DNA of 64,000 nucleotides from Octopus sinensis (lineage: Eukaryota): NCBI RefSeq assembly GCF_006345805.1, contig NC_043000.1, forward strand, positions 26,350,001-26,414,000. Direction: 5' to 3'. Both the position numbers and the translations under genes were made by a program. The stretch's first letter is position 1, and each line of letters starts with the position of its first letter. The notes beneath the pieces were generated by a model that did no database searches, was not told where the DNA came from, and was given only the letters and a program-made list of their open reading frames with translations. Positions 51,131-64,000 of the stretch are shown in pieces.

Positions 51131-51931
51131 GGTGTTTGTCCTGCGATAATATCTCTCATGGACATGCCATCTCAGGGCAAACACTCAAGTAACTTGCCAA
51201 TAGATAATGCGATTAAGTATGGCACTAAGGCAACAGCTGGTAGACTCTCTTGCGAATCGGACAAAATGCTTAGCGGAATTTCTTCCGGCTCTTTACGTGG
51301 TGGGTTCAAATTTTGTATAAGCCGACTTTGTATTTTATCCTTCGGGTTCGATAAAATGAATATCAGTAGATCATTGGGGTCGATATAATCATCAATTGTA
51401 CGTAGAAAGCATTGTTTAATCCGTGACTGCCCGAGGTGTCACTTGCCAAAAGTGACGCACTGTGCGATCGAACCCAGAATGACGTGGTGGCGAAGCGCAC
51501 TTCTTAAGCACACTGCCATAGTTGAACCCTCGTGTAGACCTTATCACAAAATGTGTGACATTACACCTGTATTAGAAATCGTTATTTACAAAGAGACCAT
51601 TGCCATCATCTTCTTCTTAGTCAGTAGAAACGACACAACATCAGTTTAAACAACATATTTATTTTGTGTTGGTCTTGTACGGGTTTTGATTGGCTGTCAC
51701 ATTTAGTACTTCAATATATGTCGACAATTTCTTCGTGTATTTCTTGTTTAATTTTTTTTTCACTTTCCATCAGTATCAACTGAATGTATTACTAAATTGA
51801 ATTCATAATACGCCATTTTGTATCGAGATCAGCATTATGGTAAATAAATCGACTCATTGTAATATCTTTGCTTATCAATCTTAATCTTTCTCTGTTTCTG
51901 TCTGTCTAACTGTCTGACTGTCTCCGTCTCT

Positions 51932-51975
<44 letters not shown>

Positions 51976-52244
51976 TTCTATCTACCCCCGTTCGTCTATC
52001 AGTCAACTTACCTAACTACCTGCCAAACCATCTAACTATTTAAATATTTGTCTATTTATCTGTCTGTCTGTCTACAGCTTTGCCTCATGTGCATTGTTGG
52101 AAAAATAACACAATAAATGCATACTCTTAAAATTACACAATTTCAGTTTTGATAATGATAATATTGGTTTCAAATTTTAGCATAAGGTCAGCAATTTTAC
52201 CGATCCCCAAAAGGATGAAAGTAAAGTCGACCTCGGTGGAATTT

Positions 52245-52246
52245 AT

Positions 52247-52294
<48 letters not shown>

Positions 52295-52316
52295 ACTACT
52301 ACTACTACTACTACTA

Positions 52317-52365
<49 letters not shown>

Positions 52366-52370
52366 TGATG

Positions 52371-52424
<54 letters not shown>

Positions 52425-52430
52425 TAATAA
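52245..52430. repeat. (CTA)n-(AAT)n microsatellite
   Basis: Direct inspection. Confidence 0.95.
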
Positions 52431-53222
52431 TTGTCTTGGCGATCATCATCATTATCGCCAGTATTATTAAGCTTAGTTGATAGGCAGAATTGTTAGAGAT
52501 TTGTATGAAATGCCGTGTGGCATTTGTCACAATTCTTAACATTGTGAGTTCAAATCCGGCCGAGATCAACTTTGCCTTTCATTCCTACGGGCTCGATTAA
52601 ATAGAGTACCAGTAAAGTACTTCGATTGATGTATTCGGCTAACCTCTTCCGCTTAAAACTGTTGGTCATGTAGCAAAATTTGAGACCATTCCTCTTCTTC
52701 TTCTTCTTCTTCTTCTTCTTCTTCTTCTTCCTTCTTCTTCTTCTTCTTCTTCTTCTTCTTCTTCATCGCCTGTTTTGTCTTTTACGTCAGTTACTTTCTT
52801 TTCTTTTCTCAACCTCTTCCTGTCACTTTTCCCTCCTCCTCCTCCTCCTCTTCCTCCTCCTCCAGCATCATTCACATTCCACATTCTCCTCGTTTTGTTT
52901 TCTTTGTTCTTTCCTCCCCCCATCCCTAACGCCGCTTCTTTTGTCGTACTCGATGTTCTTGTTCTTGTTCTTGTTCTTGTTCTTCCTTCCTTGAATACTC
53001 TCTATTTCTTCTCTTGCTGCCACCCCCCCCCCCACCAAAGCACCGCTCCACACTCAAGCATCACCGTCACCACCACCACCACCACCTCCTCCTTGCATTA
53101 TTTAAATTCTACTCCCACTTCAGATTTTCGCAAATCTGCGATATTCAATTCTCCAGTATATTTATTTCGTCTAAACAGCACCATTTATTATTACAAATGC
53201 CATTTATGGATTATTTATTCTA

Positions 53223-53281
<59 letters not shown>

Positions 53282-53636
53282 TAATAATAATAATGATAAG
53301 GCAAATATGGAAAACGCAAAAAATGTTTGCATTTCAACTAAGATTCGCCGCAACGCATCACATTTCAGCCTTGTAATGGATGCCGCATGGATTAAATTGA
53401 AATATTTGCGCATCTGATTATCATTATTAGTGTTGTTGTCGTTGTTGCTGCTGTTGTTATATGTTTTATTCATCTTGCTTTTTTTTTTGTTTTTGCTTTT
53501 TTTTTTTGTATTTCATTGGCGCCATTTTTAAATGGAATTGCTGTCTGCTAGAGAATCAATTCAATATTTATTTGTTCTTTGTATGTAGCCACCATATTTC
53601 TGGATCTCTCTTTCTCTCTCTCTCTTTATCTATCTA

Positions 53637-53698
<62 letters not shown>

Positions 53699-53945
53699 TT
53701 TATATACACACACATGCACTTAAGTAAGCAACATTGTTAAGTTACCTATCTACAATAGCGCGCGCAAAACACACATCATGTCTATGTATGTCTGCTTGTA
53801 ATGTGTGTATATACGTATGCATCAAGTTTCACTACATGTGTGTGTATGTATATATATATATGTATGTATGTATACACACGCAGATGTTCACAATTTTATC
53901 TGTTCATCTATTTACTTACCTTCTAATAAAATGGCATTTTCTCAC

Positions 53946-54078
<133 letters not shown>

Positions 54079-54661
54079 CTAATACAACTTTCTAGATATT
54101 TCCTTCAAGCTTTCATTTTTACAGTTGATTTTAGCAGAATATTTATTAATTCACATTTTAAAATAACGCTTTTTTTTCACTTACTATCGCCCTGTATATA
54201 TTTTCCATACTTTCACTTCCATTTCCTTTCCAATAAATACATTTTATTTCATTTCTTTAACGAACTGTAGATAAAGTTCGTTTAAAGACATCCTCAAGTA
54301 TCAAAACAATAATGGTTTCTTACGCAGGCAGAAGGACACATGTTCAGAGAAGGGCTACAGTCAACAAATCTATCCGCGTTATTGACTGATAACATATTTT
54401 GTGGACTGTGGAAGATGTTGTGCATACACTTACCTAAACACTTTTCTAAATATATGATGCGATTTGCTATTATTTTGGTCAGTCTTCAGCTGCATATATT
54501 CCAACTAGACTAATATTTATTAATTTGAATTTGAAATTAAAAAAGATAAGCAAGTAAGCAAGCAACCCACGCAAAAAAACAACAGAAAAAACGTAAAAAC
54601 ATATTAAAATAATTGCTATATTTAAATATATTTGATATTATTTCAGTCAAATACCAGTCTC

Positions 54662-54760
<99 letters not shown>

Positions 54761-54835
54761 CATCCATCCATCCATCCATCCATCCATCCACCCACCCACC
54801 CAAATGCATACATACATACATGAATGCATGCATAC

Positions 54836-54891
<56 letters not shown>

Positions 54892-54966
54892 CCATCCATG
54901 CATACATACATTCACGCCTATCGATTTCTTTTTCTAACCTTCTTCTGTGTGTGTGTCTCTCTCTCC

Positions 54967-55062
54967 CCTCTGTCACTCTTATTCAGTCTCTCTCTCTCTC
55001 TTCTCCCTCACCTCTGTCACTCTTATTCAGTCTCTCTCTCTCTCTTCTCCCTCACCTCTGTC
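54967..55062. repeat. Perfect 44-bp tandem duplication
   Basis: CCTCTGTCACTCTTATTCAG(TC)7TTCTCCCTCA twice, plus a partial copy. Confidence 0.9.
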
Positions 55063-56001
55063 TCTCTGTCTCTCTGTCTCTCTCTCTGCAGTCAACTGGA
55101 AGATTTCAAATCTATGTGATCACGGTGATTTGGACAACGGATATATTATAAATGAAAAGACTATCGAGCTGTAGCATTTGTGTAAACAGTGGACGGCATT
55201 AATACATACTCCCCAAACAAGCTGATAGTTGCAGATGAACAATGAGAGCGATGATATACGTTTGTTCGACTTCATATGTTCATCTTAGCATTTTAAGTAT
55301 TTTACCATTTGCAAAATAAAGATTTCTAAACGTATCATTGACAGAATAAAAAAAAAAGGTGTTTATCACATATAAACAATCACACATGATGTGTTAGCAA
55401 ACTTATCAAACGCACACACGGAATTTTCTTCTCTTTTCCATCTTGTTGTCTTTGTTCTTCTCTTTCCCGTCCATTTTATTTCTTTTTATACAAATACACA
55501 CGTTCGTATGAACATGCGCATATACCTAGACGTATATATGCACACGTTTATGCAACTGAGTGGGAAAATGTTGTTATATTTAGCAACAGTCATTCTTATC
55601 TCTACACTCTCAACAAATATATATATACATATATATATATTATATATATATATATATATTATATAATATATATATATATTATATATATATATATTATATA
55701 TATATATGCATGTATGTATATATATGTATGTATGCATTATATGTGTTTGTATGTATGTGTATATGTATATGTTCATATTTGTGTGCTTATACATTTACAT
55801 TATGTAGATATACATATGCATATATGTGTATAAGCATATATATATATATATATATAAATGCATATATACACATATATGCATATAAACACATATATATGCA
55901 TATCAATACATTATATATTTATTTGCATGTATATATACACTTATATATACATGTATGTTCATATATATATATGCATACCCATATTCGTGCACATACATAT
56001 A

Positions 56002-56038
<37 letters not shown>

Positions 56039-56890
56039 CCACCTAACATGTGTGTGTATAAAATATACACACACTCACACACTCTGTGTATATGTATAAA
56101 ATTGTAAAAATCTACAAATGCACATGTATAATTGCATATCATCACCATCACCACCACCGTCATCATCCTCATCATCATTATTGAGCAGAAAGTATTTCCC
56201 AGACATCAACAATATCTTTAGTACCTTGTGTGCTGTAAGCAAAACTGTTCACTAATTTCTTTTTTGTTATATATTTTTTTGTTTTTATTTGATTTCATTA
56301 GTTTTCTGGAGATTGTCGAGATTGTCATCTTTTAAAACCATTAACCTTATTAACCACGATTATCCCGAGGGAGCTATCACTGATAAGATTTCTTAATCTA
56401 ACGGAGAAATCCTTGTATTCATTCGTTTTCCTGGTATAGAAAATACAAAAATATCTCCTTCGAAAGCGAGGCTTAATTTAGTATATGTCTTGCTGAGTTC
56501 CTTAGTAAATAAGTAGGTAGACAACTCACAAAATATATGTACGAAACGAGTGGTATTGTATGAAAGTGTAGGTTTTGATTTTTGGATAGTTTAAACGGAT
56601 AATTACCTCCTGAATAAACAAGGGAAATAATGATAGTAGTGAGTGGCTGTATTGGGTGATTGGGTAGTTCAAAATATAGGAAAGAAGTGAATAGTAGGTG
56701 GATGGGGTGTGAGGATATTGAGGAAATTAAGAGTGAATAAGAGTGAAAAGAAAAGGAGAAAATTAGGAAGGAAGTTGAGATCAAAGGAGGATGAAAGAGA
56801 ACCAGACAGAAAACGGAGAAAGTTAGATAGATAGAGATAGATAGATAGATAAATAGATAGATAGAGATAGATAGAGAGGGAGAGAGGAAC

Positions 56891-56934
<44 letters not shown>

Positions 56935-58662
56935 AAATCGATGAATAGACAGCCAGTTTGTTAGATTGATAGTCACACAGAGAAAGATAGGAACCAATCT
57001 GACTACAAATAGAAAATAATGAGAGAAAATGAAAGGTGAAATACTGAAATAAAGGAAGGCGAGAGAGTGAGAGAGAGGGAAAAAGAGAGGGAGAAAGAGA
57101 GGAAGAAAGGGAGAGGGAGAGAGAGATGGGGAGATAGAGAGAGAGAGAGGAAGTAATCAGTTTAATGAAATCTGATGAAATATTAAAGTAGAAAGACGTA
57201 GCAAGACTACAACATTAGTTTTGGAAATTCATTGAATGACCTGATGACAAAAAAAGCAAACCTATTCTATTTCGATTATTCAGTATTGCCTGACTAATAC
57301 GATCTGCTGCTTGTAACACACTACCATTTGTCAGTCTTGCAATTGTTCAATCCAGAACACATCACGAAAGTCGGCAGTTTACTGCGCTAGATCGACTGCA
57401 GTAAGCCATGACTCCATTCTATTATAGTCGTCATAGAATCAAACCACGAATATCTGCCATTAATCCTGTTATTTCATTCGTATTTTTGTAATCCGTGTCT
57501 TAGACTATGGGTTGTGAGAGGACAGCTATTATAAATGTCCCCCATTTATCACAAATATTCCCTATTCAATGCGACTTAAAACGTTTAAGTTAAGGATCCT
57601 CTATCATCCTCATACAGTCATTAGGATTCTTTAAGTAGACGTAAAAAAAAAAGAAAAGGAAGAGAGAAAAAATAGAAAAATAGAAAAATAGATTTATCTA
57701 TATCTAATAAAGAAATGGTTTCAATACTCATGTTTCAGAGATGTTCAGACATTCTGGCTTACATACACATACAGAAAGCATACACGTAGAAGCAGGCGCA
57801 CACACAACACACAAATATTCTGACCTAGTCACATACATATGCAGATATATAAAGAAACACATAGGCAACGATATAATAAAAACTATACTGATTTTGACAC
57901 ACAGACAATTATGTATATATAGAGAGAAAACATACGTAAATAACAAATAACAAGTGTAGTTGTAAAGTCGATGATAGGCAAGTACGTAATATCATCTGAG
58001 GTGGATACATATATGAAGATTCTAACAGACTTACATGAAAGGGGAACCGGTGCTGATGTGCACCGATAAAAGTTAAATAGTGAAGTACGTATGCGATGGG
58101 ACGAGAAGGAATTTGACGTTTTGAGATTATGCTAGCCTCTGTATGAGAAAGACAGAGAGAAATAAAGAGAGAGGGAGAGAGACAGACGGGGAAAAGAGAG
58201 ACAGACAAAGTCATTGTTTTTTTTTTCTTTTCTCTCGGACGAAAGGGCACTGCCCAAACATCAGTCTCTACTCCCTGCGGAAAACTCTCCAAACTCACAA
58301 ACGCCTTGGTACAGATGCATAAATTTACACATCTACCGAAATACAGTTGTACCTTTGAAGTGTCCTGGTAGCCTCGTAGCACTTTCTTATATAGATGAGA
58401 GACCTTTGAATAAATATAGTGAAAGGATTTTCCTAAACGCCACATGGCACTACATGTAACAATGCTATAATTTTCTATAATGAGTTCGAATGTTGACACC
58501 AAGTTACACAATTTGGGGTAACAATTCTTGATTATAACTACCCCAATATTTGACGGGTACTATATTTTATCAACCTTGGAAGGATGAAAGGCAAACTCCA
58601 CTCTAGCGGAAGATAAAGTGATAATGAAGACTTAGCGGAATACCTCAAGGTATAGACAGACA

Positions 58663-58985
58663 GATGGAGGCGCATTGGCCCAGTGGTTAGGGCAGCTGAC
58701 TCGCGGTCGAAGGATCGCGGTTTCGATTCCCAGACTGGGCGTTGTGTGTGTTTATCGAGCGAAAATACCTAAAAAGGCTCCACGAGGCTCCGGCAGGGGG
58801 TGGTGGCGACCCCTGTTGTACTCTTTCGCCCCAACTTTCTCTCACTCTTTCTTCCTGTTTCTTGAGTAACGCTGCGATGGACTGGTACCCCGTCCAGGTA
58901 GGGGGAACACATATGCCACAGAAACCGGGAAACCAGGCCCATGAGCCTGGCTAGGCTTGAAAAGGGCGCATAAATAAATAAAAAT
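58663..58985 (+). mobile_element. SINE family D, variant subfamily
   Basis: TGGCCCAGTGG..GACTCGCGGTC..GGTTTCGATTCC; CTGCGATGGACTGG..CCGTCCAGG; AAAT tail. Confidence 0.85.
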
Positions 58986-59016
58986 AGATAGATAGGTAGA
59001 TAGACCGTGTGAGACA

Positions 59017-59076
59017 TGAACCCGGAACCATGTGGCTGGTAAGCAAGCTACTTACCACACAGCCACTCCTGCGCCT
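59017..59076 (-). mobile_element. SINE family A, tRNA head only
   Basis: Nearly identical to the head at 27521-27580. Confidence 0.85.
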
Positions 59077-59916
59077 ATAGGACTAGCCAATGTTTCATAA
59101 ACTCTACATTGGCCTAAGACTTGTAGGAAGCGTTAAGTTGATGATGTGCTCACACCTAATCTCCGCGACTGACCGGAACCTCAGTTATATATTAATAAGT
59201 TAAGTATAGCCATTATAGAGGCGACACTAACTCTTACGCTCTGTTTCTTCATTAATGTCGCAACAATTCCCCAAGCACATTGGTTGTTAATGTAATAATA
59301 CAAGACCAAAACCTATGAATCATTAATATTATGTCAGACCTTCATATTTCTTGACCAATAATCTAGTTACTGGTCGTTAGATCTCTATGCCATTTACATA
59401 ACTTATCATCTCATGCTTTGCTCATAAATTTCATGTCAAATGTCTTTGCGCATAATTGTATGAAGGTTACATGTTTCATAGAAATAATGCGAAAACTGCG
59501 CTCGAAAATGACCATGAAATAATATTTAAACATTACAATGAAGTTAATTTACTATAACATATTGCTCAGTTATCATTAATATACAGCTTTACTCAATATA
59601 AAATAATATTAAAACTATCCACATCTTGATAATAGATTCTTCATACGCTGCTAACATACGACATGAAAGACACTTCCGTTAAAACCAATATAGGAGTACC
59701 GACTTGTTCGATCAACTGAACAACTTTCTCATTGAATTAAATTCGAAGTGGCTGAGTATTCCGAAGACACGTGTAATGTTAACTAATTCTCGAGTAGAAT
59801 CAACGTGATCCTTGATTTACAAGTACAATAAATTCAACAAGTTTCTTTATAGTTTCCACTTACCTATTATTACACCCAAAAGACTGAAAGTCAATCTAAG
59901 AGGAATGAACGTGTGC

Positions 59917-59987
<71 letters not shown>

Positions 59988-60022
59988 GCATACTTATATA
60001 TACACATACATATTTACATATT

Positions 60023-60286
60023 ATTCTTTTATTCTTCTAATTGTTTCACTCTTTTGACAGCGGCTATGCTGGAGCACCGCCTTTATTGGAACAAATTGAC
60101 TCTAGGAGTTATTCTTTGTAAGCCTAGTAATTATTCTATCGGTCTGTTTTGCCGAACCGCTAAGTTACGGGGGCGCAAATGCACCAACACACACACACAT
60201 GTAGATATGAAGGGCTTCTTTCAGTTTCCGTCTACCAAATCCAATCACAGGGCTTTGGTCGACCCGAGGCTATAGCAGAAGACACT
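60023..60286 (-). mobile_element. SINE family A, head missing
   Basis: Tail and body similarity to family A. Confidence 0.8.
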
Positions 60287-60365
60287 CTAAAACGTTGACG
60301 CATGTATATGACGTCAGCACCATTGTGAAACACACACAAACACACACATCTACACACACACACAC

Positions 60366-60407
<42 letters not shown>

Positions 60408-61655
60408 ACACACACACACACACAAACGCACCTTACATTTATGTAAATGCGTTTATGATTTCATCGTTGCTGTAGTAAGATACTCGCCCTGTCCATTTGG
60501 TGGTGGGAACGCCGCTAATGCTCTGATATATATGAACTTGAAATAAGCCATAACTAAGAACTCGTGAGCGACGGCCCATGATCGTCAACTAAATCAATTT
60601 TGTGGGATCTCTTGACCTCCTAGAAATAACGGCTAAAATTTCCTGGCCACATTGCCTTTCGTCTTAGATAAGGAAAACATACTTTGGATAATATAATCCT
60701 AGACATAGCCCCTAAAAAGCACGGTTGTCACGGTTGGAAAGGCTTATGAAGATAATATGAAGATGAGTATTATGAATCTTACGTACGTTTTTTGTATGAT
60801 GTGTGCATGTAAATGTGTGTATATATTCTGCTGTTTGTTGGTGAATATCTGTTTGCAATTGTTTGTGTGTACACATATACGTGTTTGATTGCGTCTCTGG
60901 TGTGTGCGCGCGTCAGTATGTATGCGGATCAGAATTAAATTTATTTTGATCAATAAGAATAAAAGAGGAGCTAATTTTAACAGATGGCTTTGGTATTTTG
61001 ATCGCCGACTGCATAATTAAATCAAGCTGATTAACTGCACTGATTGTCGCTCCGTCTGACTACACATCTTTACATATCCTTCTAAATGAATTATGAATTC
61101 CTCCCCTACAAAATATTTAGTGTATTTCAAACCCAGTGTGTATATGCGCAGTCAATAGATCTTGTCAGTTGCTTTGTGCGTCTACATATCTACAATTATA
61201 TTTATTTTTTTTTATTATATTCATTTAATTTTTGTTTGCTTTAAAATGTCGGATATTCCGATTAACAAAATTATATGATCGGCTGTCATGAGCCAAATAT
61301 AATTTTCTTGCTGAGCCTTGACAAGTGTGTTAGATATTTTAACATGACTAGCTTGGCTGACATACTTCACCATTATCTTTTGAAAATGATCAATGTTATT
61401 GCAAGATTATCGATTCAACGATTGTTTCGGATTGATTCTGACGTATTTTGACCGATGTTCAATATTGATTATGGGAATCGAGTATATTGTGAGTGGACGT
61501 CCGTATGTTTCCTTTTAATTTTCACAAACTGGCCCACTCTTAGTAATCACTGAATGATTTTTGATAATTCATATTTCATATTCATGATTAAAGTTTCCAC
61601 GCTTGATAGTGCATCGCAGAACTAATACAACAGATTTATTTAAAAGTAAGGGCTT

Positions 61656-62070
61656 CTTCAAGATAAGATCAACTTGATACAAAGGTAAGATATGCTTCTC
61701 TGTAAGATCAAGCTCGTACAAAGTTAAGAGCTGTTTCGAGATGATATCAGCTTGATACATAGGGAAGATATGCTTCACAGTACGATGTAAAGTTTAGGGT
61801 TGCTTTAAAGTAAGATCAAGTTGATACAACGCCATATACGCTTCAAGGTAAGATAAAGTTAATACAAAGGTACAATCAGTTTGATGCTTTAAGGTACAAT
61901 CAGTTTGATGCAGATGTAAGAGCTACTTCAGGGTAAGATAACTTTGATAGAAAGTTAAGAACTGCTTCGATGTAAAAAATCAAGTTGATACATTGCCATG
62001 TGTACTTCAATCTAAGATGAATTTGATATAGATGTAAGAACTGTTTTAAGGTAGGATAAAATTGATACAA
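61656..62070. repeat. Degenerate 38-39-bp minisatellite, about 11 units
   Basis: Approximate consensus CTTCAAGGTAAGATCAAGTTGATACAAAGGTAAGATATG. Confidence 0.85.
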
Positions 62071-62433
62071 AAATAACAGTTTACTGCCTTTAGGGGTGAA
62101 ATTTCATCCGAGTATTTAGCCTTGCATCGTAGCTAGAAATAGTTATCCGACTTGTAGGAAGAAGCGATAATGTTGTTCCTTAGACACAGGTCAACTCTGA
62201 CTGCACATTTATGATCAAAGACATTCTAACACTGACCAAACCATGTTTTCTGTACCTGGAGGAAATCAAGACAATAGGGTGTGATACGAAAGATTGTTGG
62301 CAGCTATTTCTAGCAGATTGACCGAACACATACAGGCACCATCGTTAGCTTTCAACCTGTAAATAGTAAATTATTTTTTTTATGTCATTGAGTGATTCCC
62401 GGCATCGATAAAAAGCTTGTTAGTGTAGATTTT

Positions 62434-62755
62434 GAAGGCACGTGGCTTAGTGGTTAGGGTGTTCAGCTCACGATCACGATCGTAAGGTCGTGAGTTCGAT
62501 TCCCGGTGGTGCGTTGTATTCTTGAGCAAGGCACTTTATTTCAGGTTGCCTCAGTCCTCTCAGATGGCTAAAATGAGTAATACCTGTAATTCAAAAGGCC
62601 AGCCATGCCCCATTCTGTGTCATGCTGAATCTCCCGAGAACTACGTGAAGGGCACGCGTGTCTATGGAGTACTCAACCACTTCCACGTCAGCTTCACAAG
62701 CAGGCTGTTCCGTTGATTGGATTGACTAGAAACCTCGTCGTCGTAACCGACACTG
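62434..62755 (+). mobile_element. SINE family E
   Basis: TGGCTTAGTGG, GAGTTCGATTCC, CORE-like TTCTTGAGCAAGGCACTT. Confidence 0.8.
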
Positions 62756-63104
62756 TGATAGTTAGTGCAGTTTCGGTGTAAGATATCTATGGTAAATCTA
62801 CCTGTGTAATACCAAAGGAAAGGAAAGTATGTTCTCGTTTTCTTAACTCGGAGAAATAATATTAAAACATTAACCTCTAGATCAATAATCGATATCATTC
62901 TACAAAAAACAACAGATAAACAAACAAAAAAAACCCAACTCCTCCGCCACCCCCACCCCCCAAATCAAACAAGCAAGAAAGATCAATAAGTTAAAACTTA
63001 ATCTAAATTAAATCAATTAGTGCATCATTACATGATTAATTAAACAATATAATTGGACCTGCCGCTAATATGATTATATTGAATTAATATATAGATGAAT
63101 AAAG

Positions 63105-63502
63105 AGGCGGCGAGCTGGCAGAAGCGTTAGCACGCCGGGCGAAATGCGTAGCCGTATTTGGTCTGCCGCTACTTTCTGAGTTCAAATTCCACCGAGGTCT
63201 ACTTTGCCTTTCATCCTTTCGGGGTCGATTAAATAAGTACTAGTTATGCACTGGGGTCAATATAATTAACTTAATCCGTTTGTCTGTCCTTTTTTGTCCT
63301 CTCTGTGTTTAGCCCCCTGTGAGTAGCAAAGAAATAGGTATTTCGTCTGCTGTTACGTTCTGAGTTCAAATTCCGCCGCGGTCGACTTTGCCTTTCATCC
63401 TTTCGGAGTCGATAGATTAAGTACCAGTTTCGTACTGGTGTTGATCTAATTGACTAACCTCCTTCCCAAAAATTTCGGGATTTGTGCCTAGAGTAGAAAA
63501 GA
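63105..63502 (+). mobile_element. SINE family B dimer (tail X, then tail Y)
   Basis: Junction AAAGAAATAG|GTATTTCGTCTGC; TSD about ATA(T/A)AGATGAATAAAG. Confidence 0.9.
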
Positions 63503-64000
63503 ATATAAAGATGAATAAAGCTTTATGCGTCTTGCTATTCATGGAACTTGTTGCCTGTTCACTTAAATGTCATTTGATTATAATATCCAGTCCCTATTTT
63601 TGAACTTTTACTTGTTTTAGTGGACTGCGGTCATGCTGGGGAAATCGTTTTCAAGGATTTTGGCTGAACAAATCGACACCAGTGCTCATGTTTTTCTTTT
63701 AAGTCTGGTACTTTCTATATTGGATTATTTTACTTAAACTAAGTTAAGCGATGACAAATACAAACGTACATACATACATACATACATACATACATACAAA
63801 AACACCCTGTTGCTGATGTTTAAATTCCAATGAAGGACCCTTCAATCTATGTTTGAAACCGACTCTTTCTGTATTGGTAAGAAATCTTGAAATAAATACT
63901 AAACAATGACATACATACATATTAGGTAAAGGTTGAGGACCATGCTGCTACAAAATATTTATATGGAATTGTTTTTGATCTCATGCGTGGGTATTTGAAT

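Noticed and set aside
57172-57205. CTGATGA...GAAA hammerhead-like spacing
   Set aside because: No credible stem II or stem III and no stem I partner
61569-61778. 13-aa repeat protein
   Set aside because: The array contains 30-, 38- and 40-bp units that break the frame

Overview
AT-rich eukaryotic DNA dominated by microsatellites and transposon debris. The SINE repertoire (tRNA-Arg-like heads with CORE-like bodies) and the repeat density suggest a coleoid cephalopod, probably Octopus; this is inference, not a search result. No complete protein-coding gene can be supported, and almost all ORFs in the track are translations of simple repeats. The window holds at least six tRNA-derived SINE families (my labels A-E and G; about 30 copies, many with clear target-site duplications). 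It also holds 3' or internal fragments of RTE, L1/Tx1, CR1-like and Penelope-like (PLE) retroelements, two complete non-autonomous Helitrons, a piggyBac MITE, mariner/Tc1 remnants, several fold-back MITEs and minisatellites. The most notable signals are: two families of short, (TA)n-embedded elements carrying hammerhead-ribozyme-like folds (one intact-looking inside a near-perfect 116-bp palindrome, one with an unusual CUGUUGA core in two copies); a circularly permuted 1.3-turn local copy; and SINE dimers with a fixed re-entry point and swapped tails. One plausible coding exon (44057-44163) suggests much of the window may be intronic.
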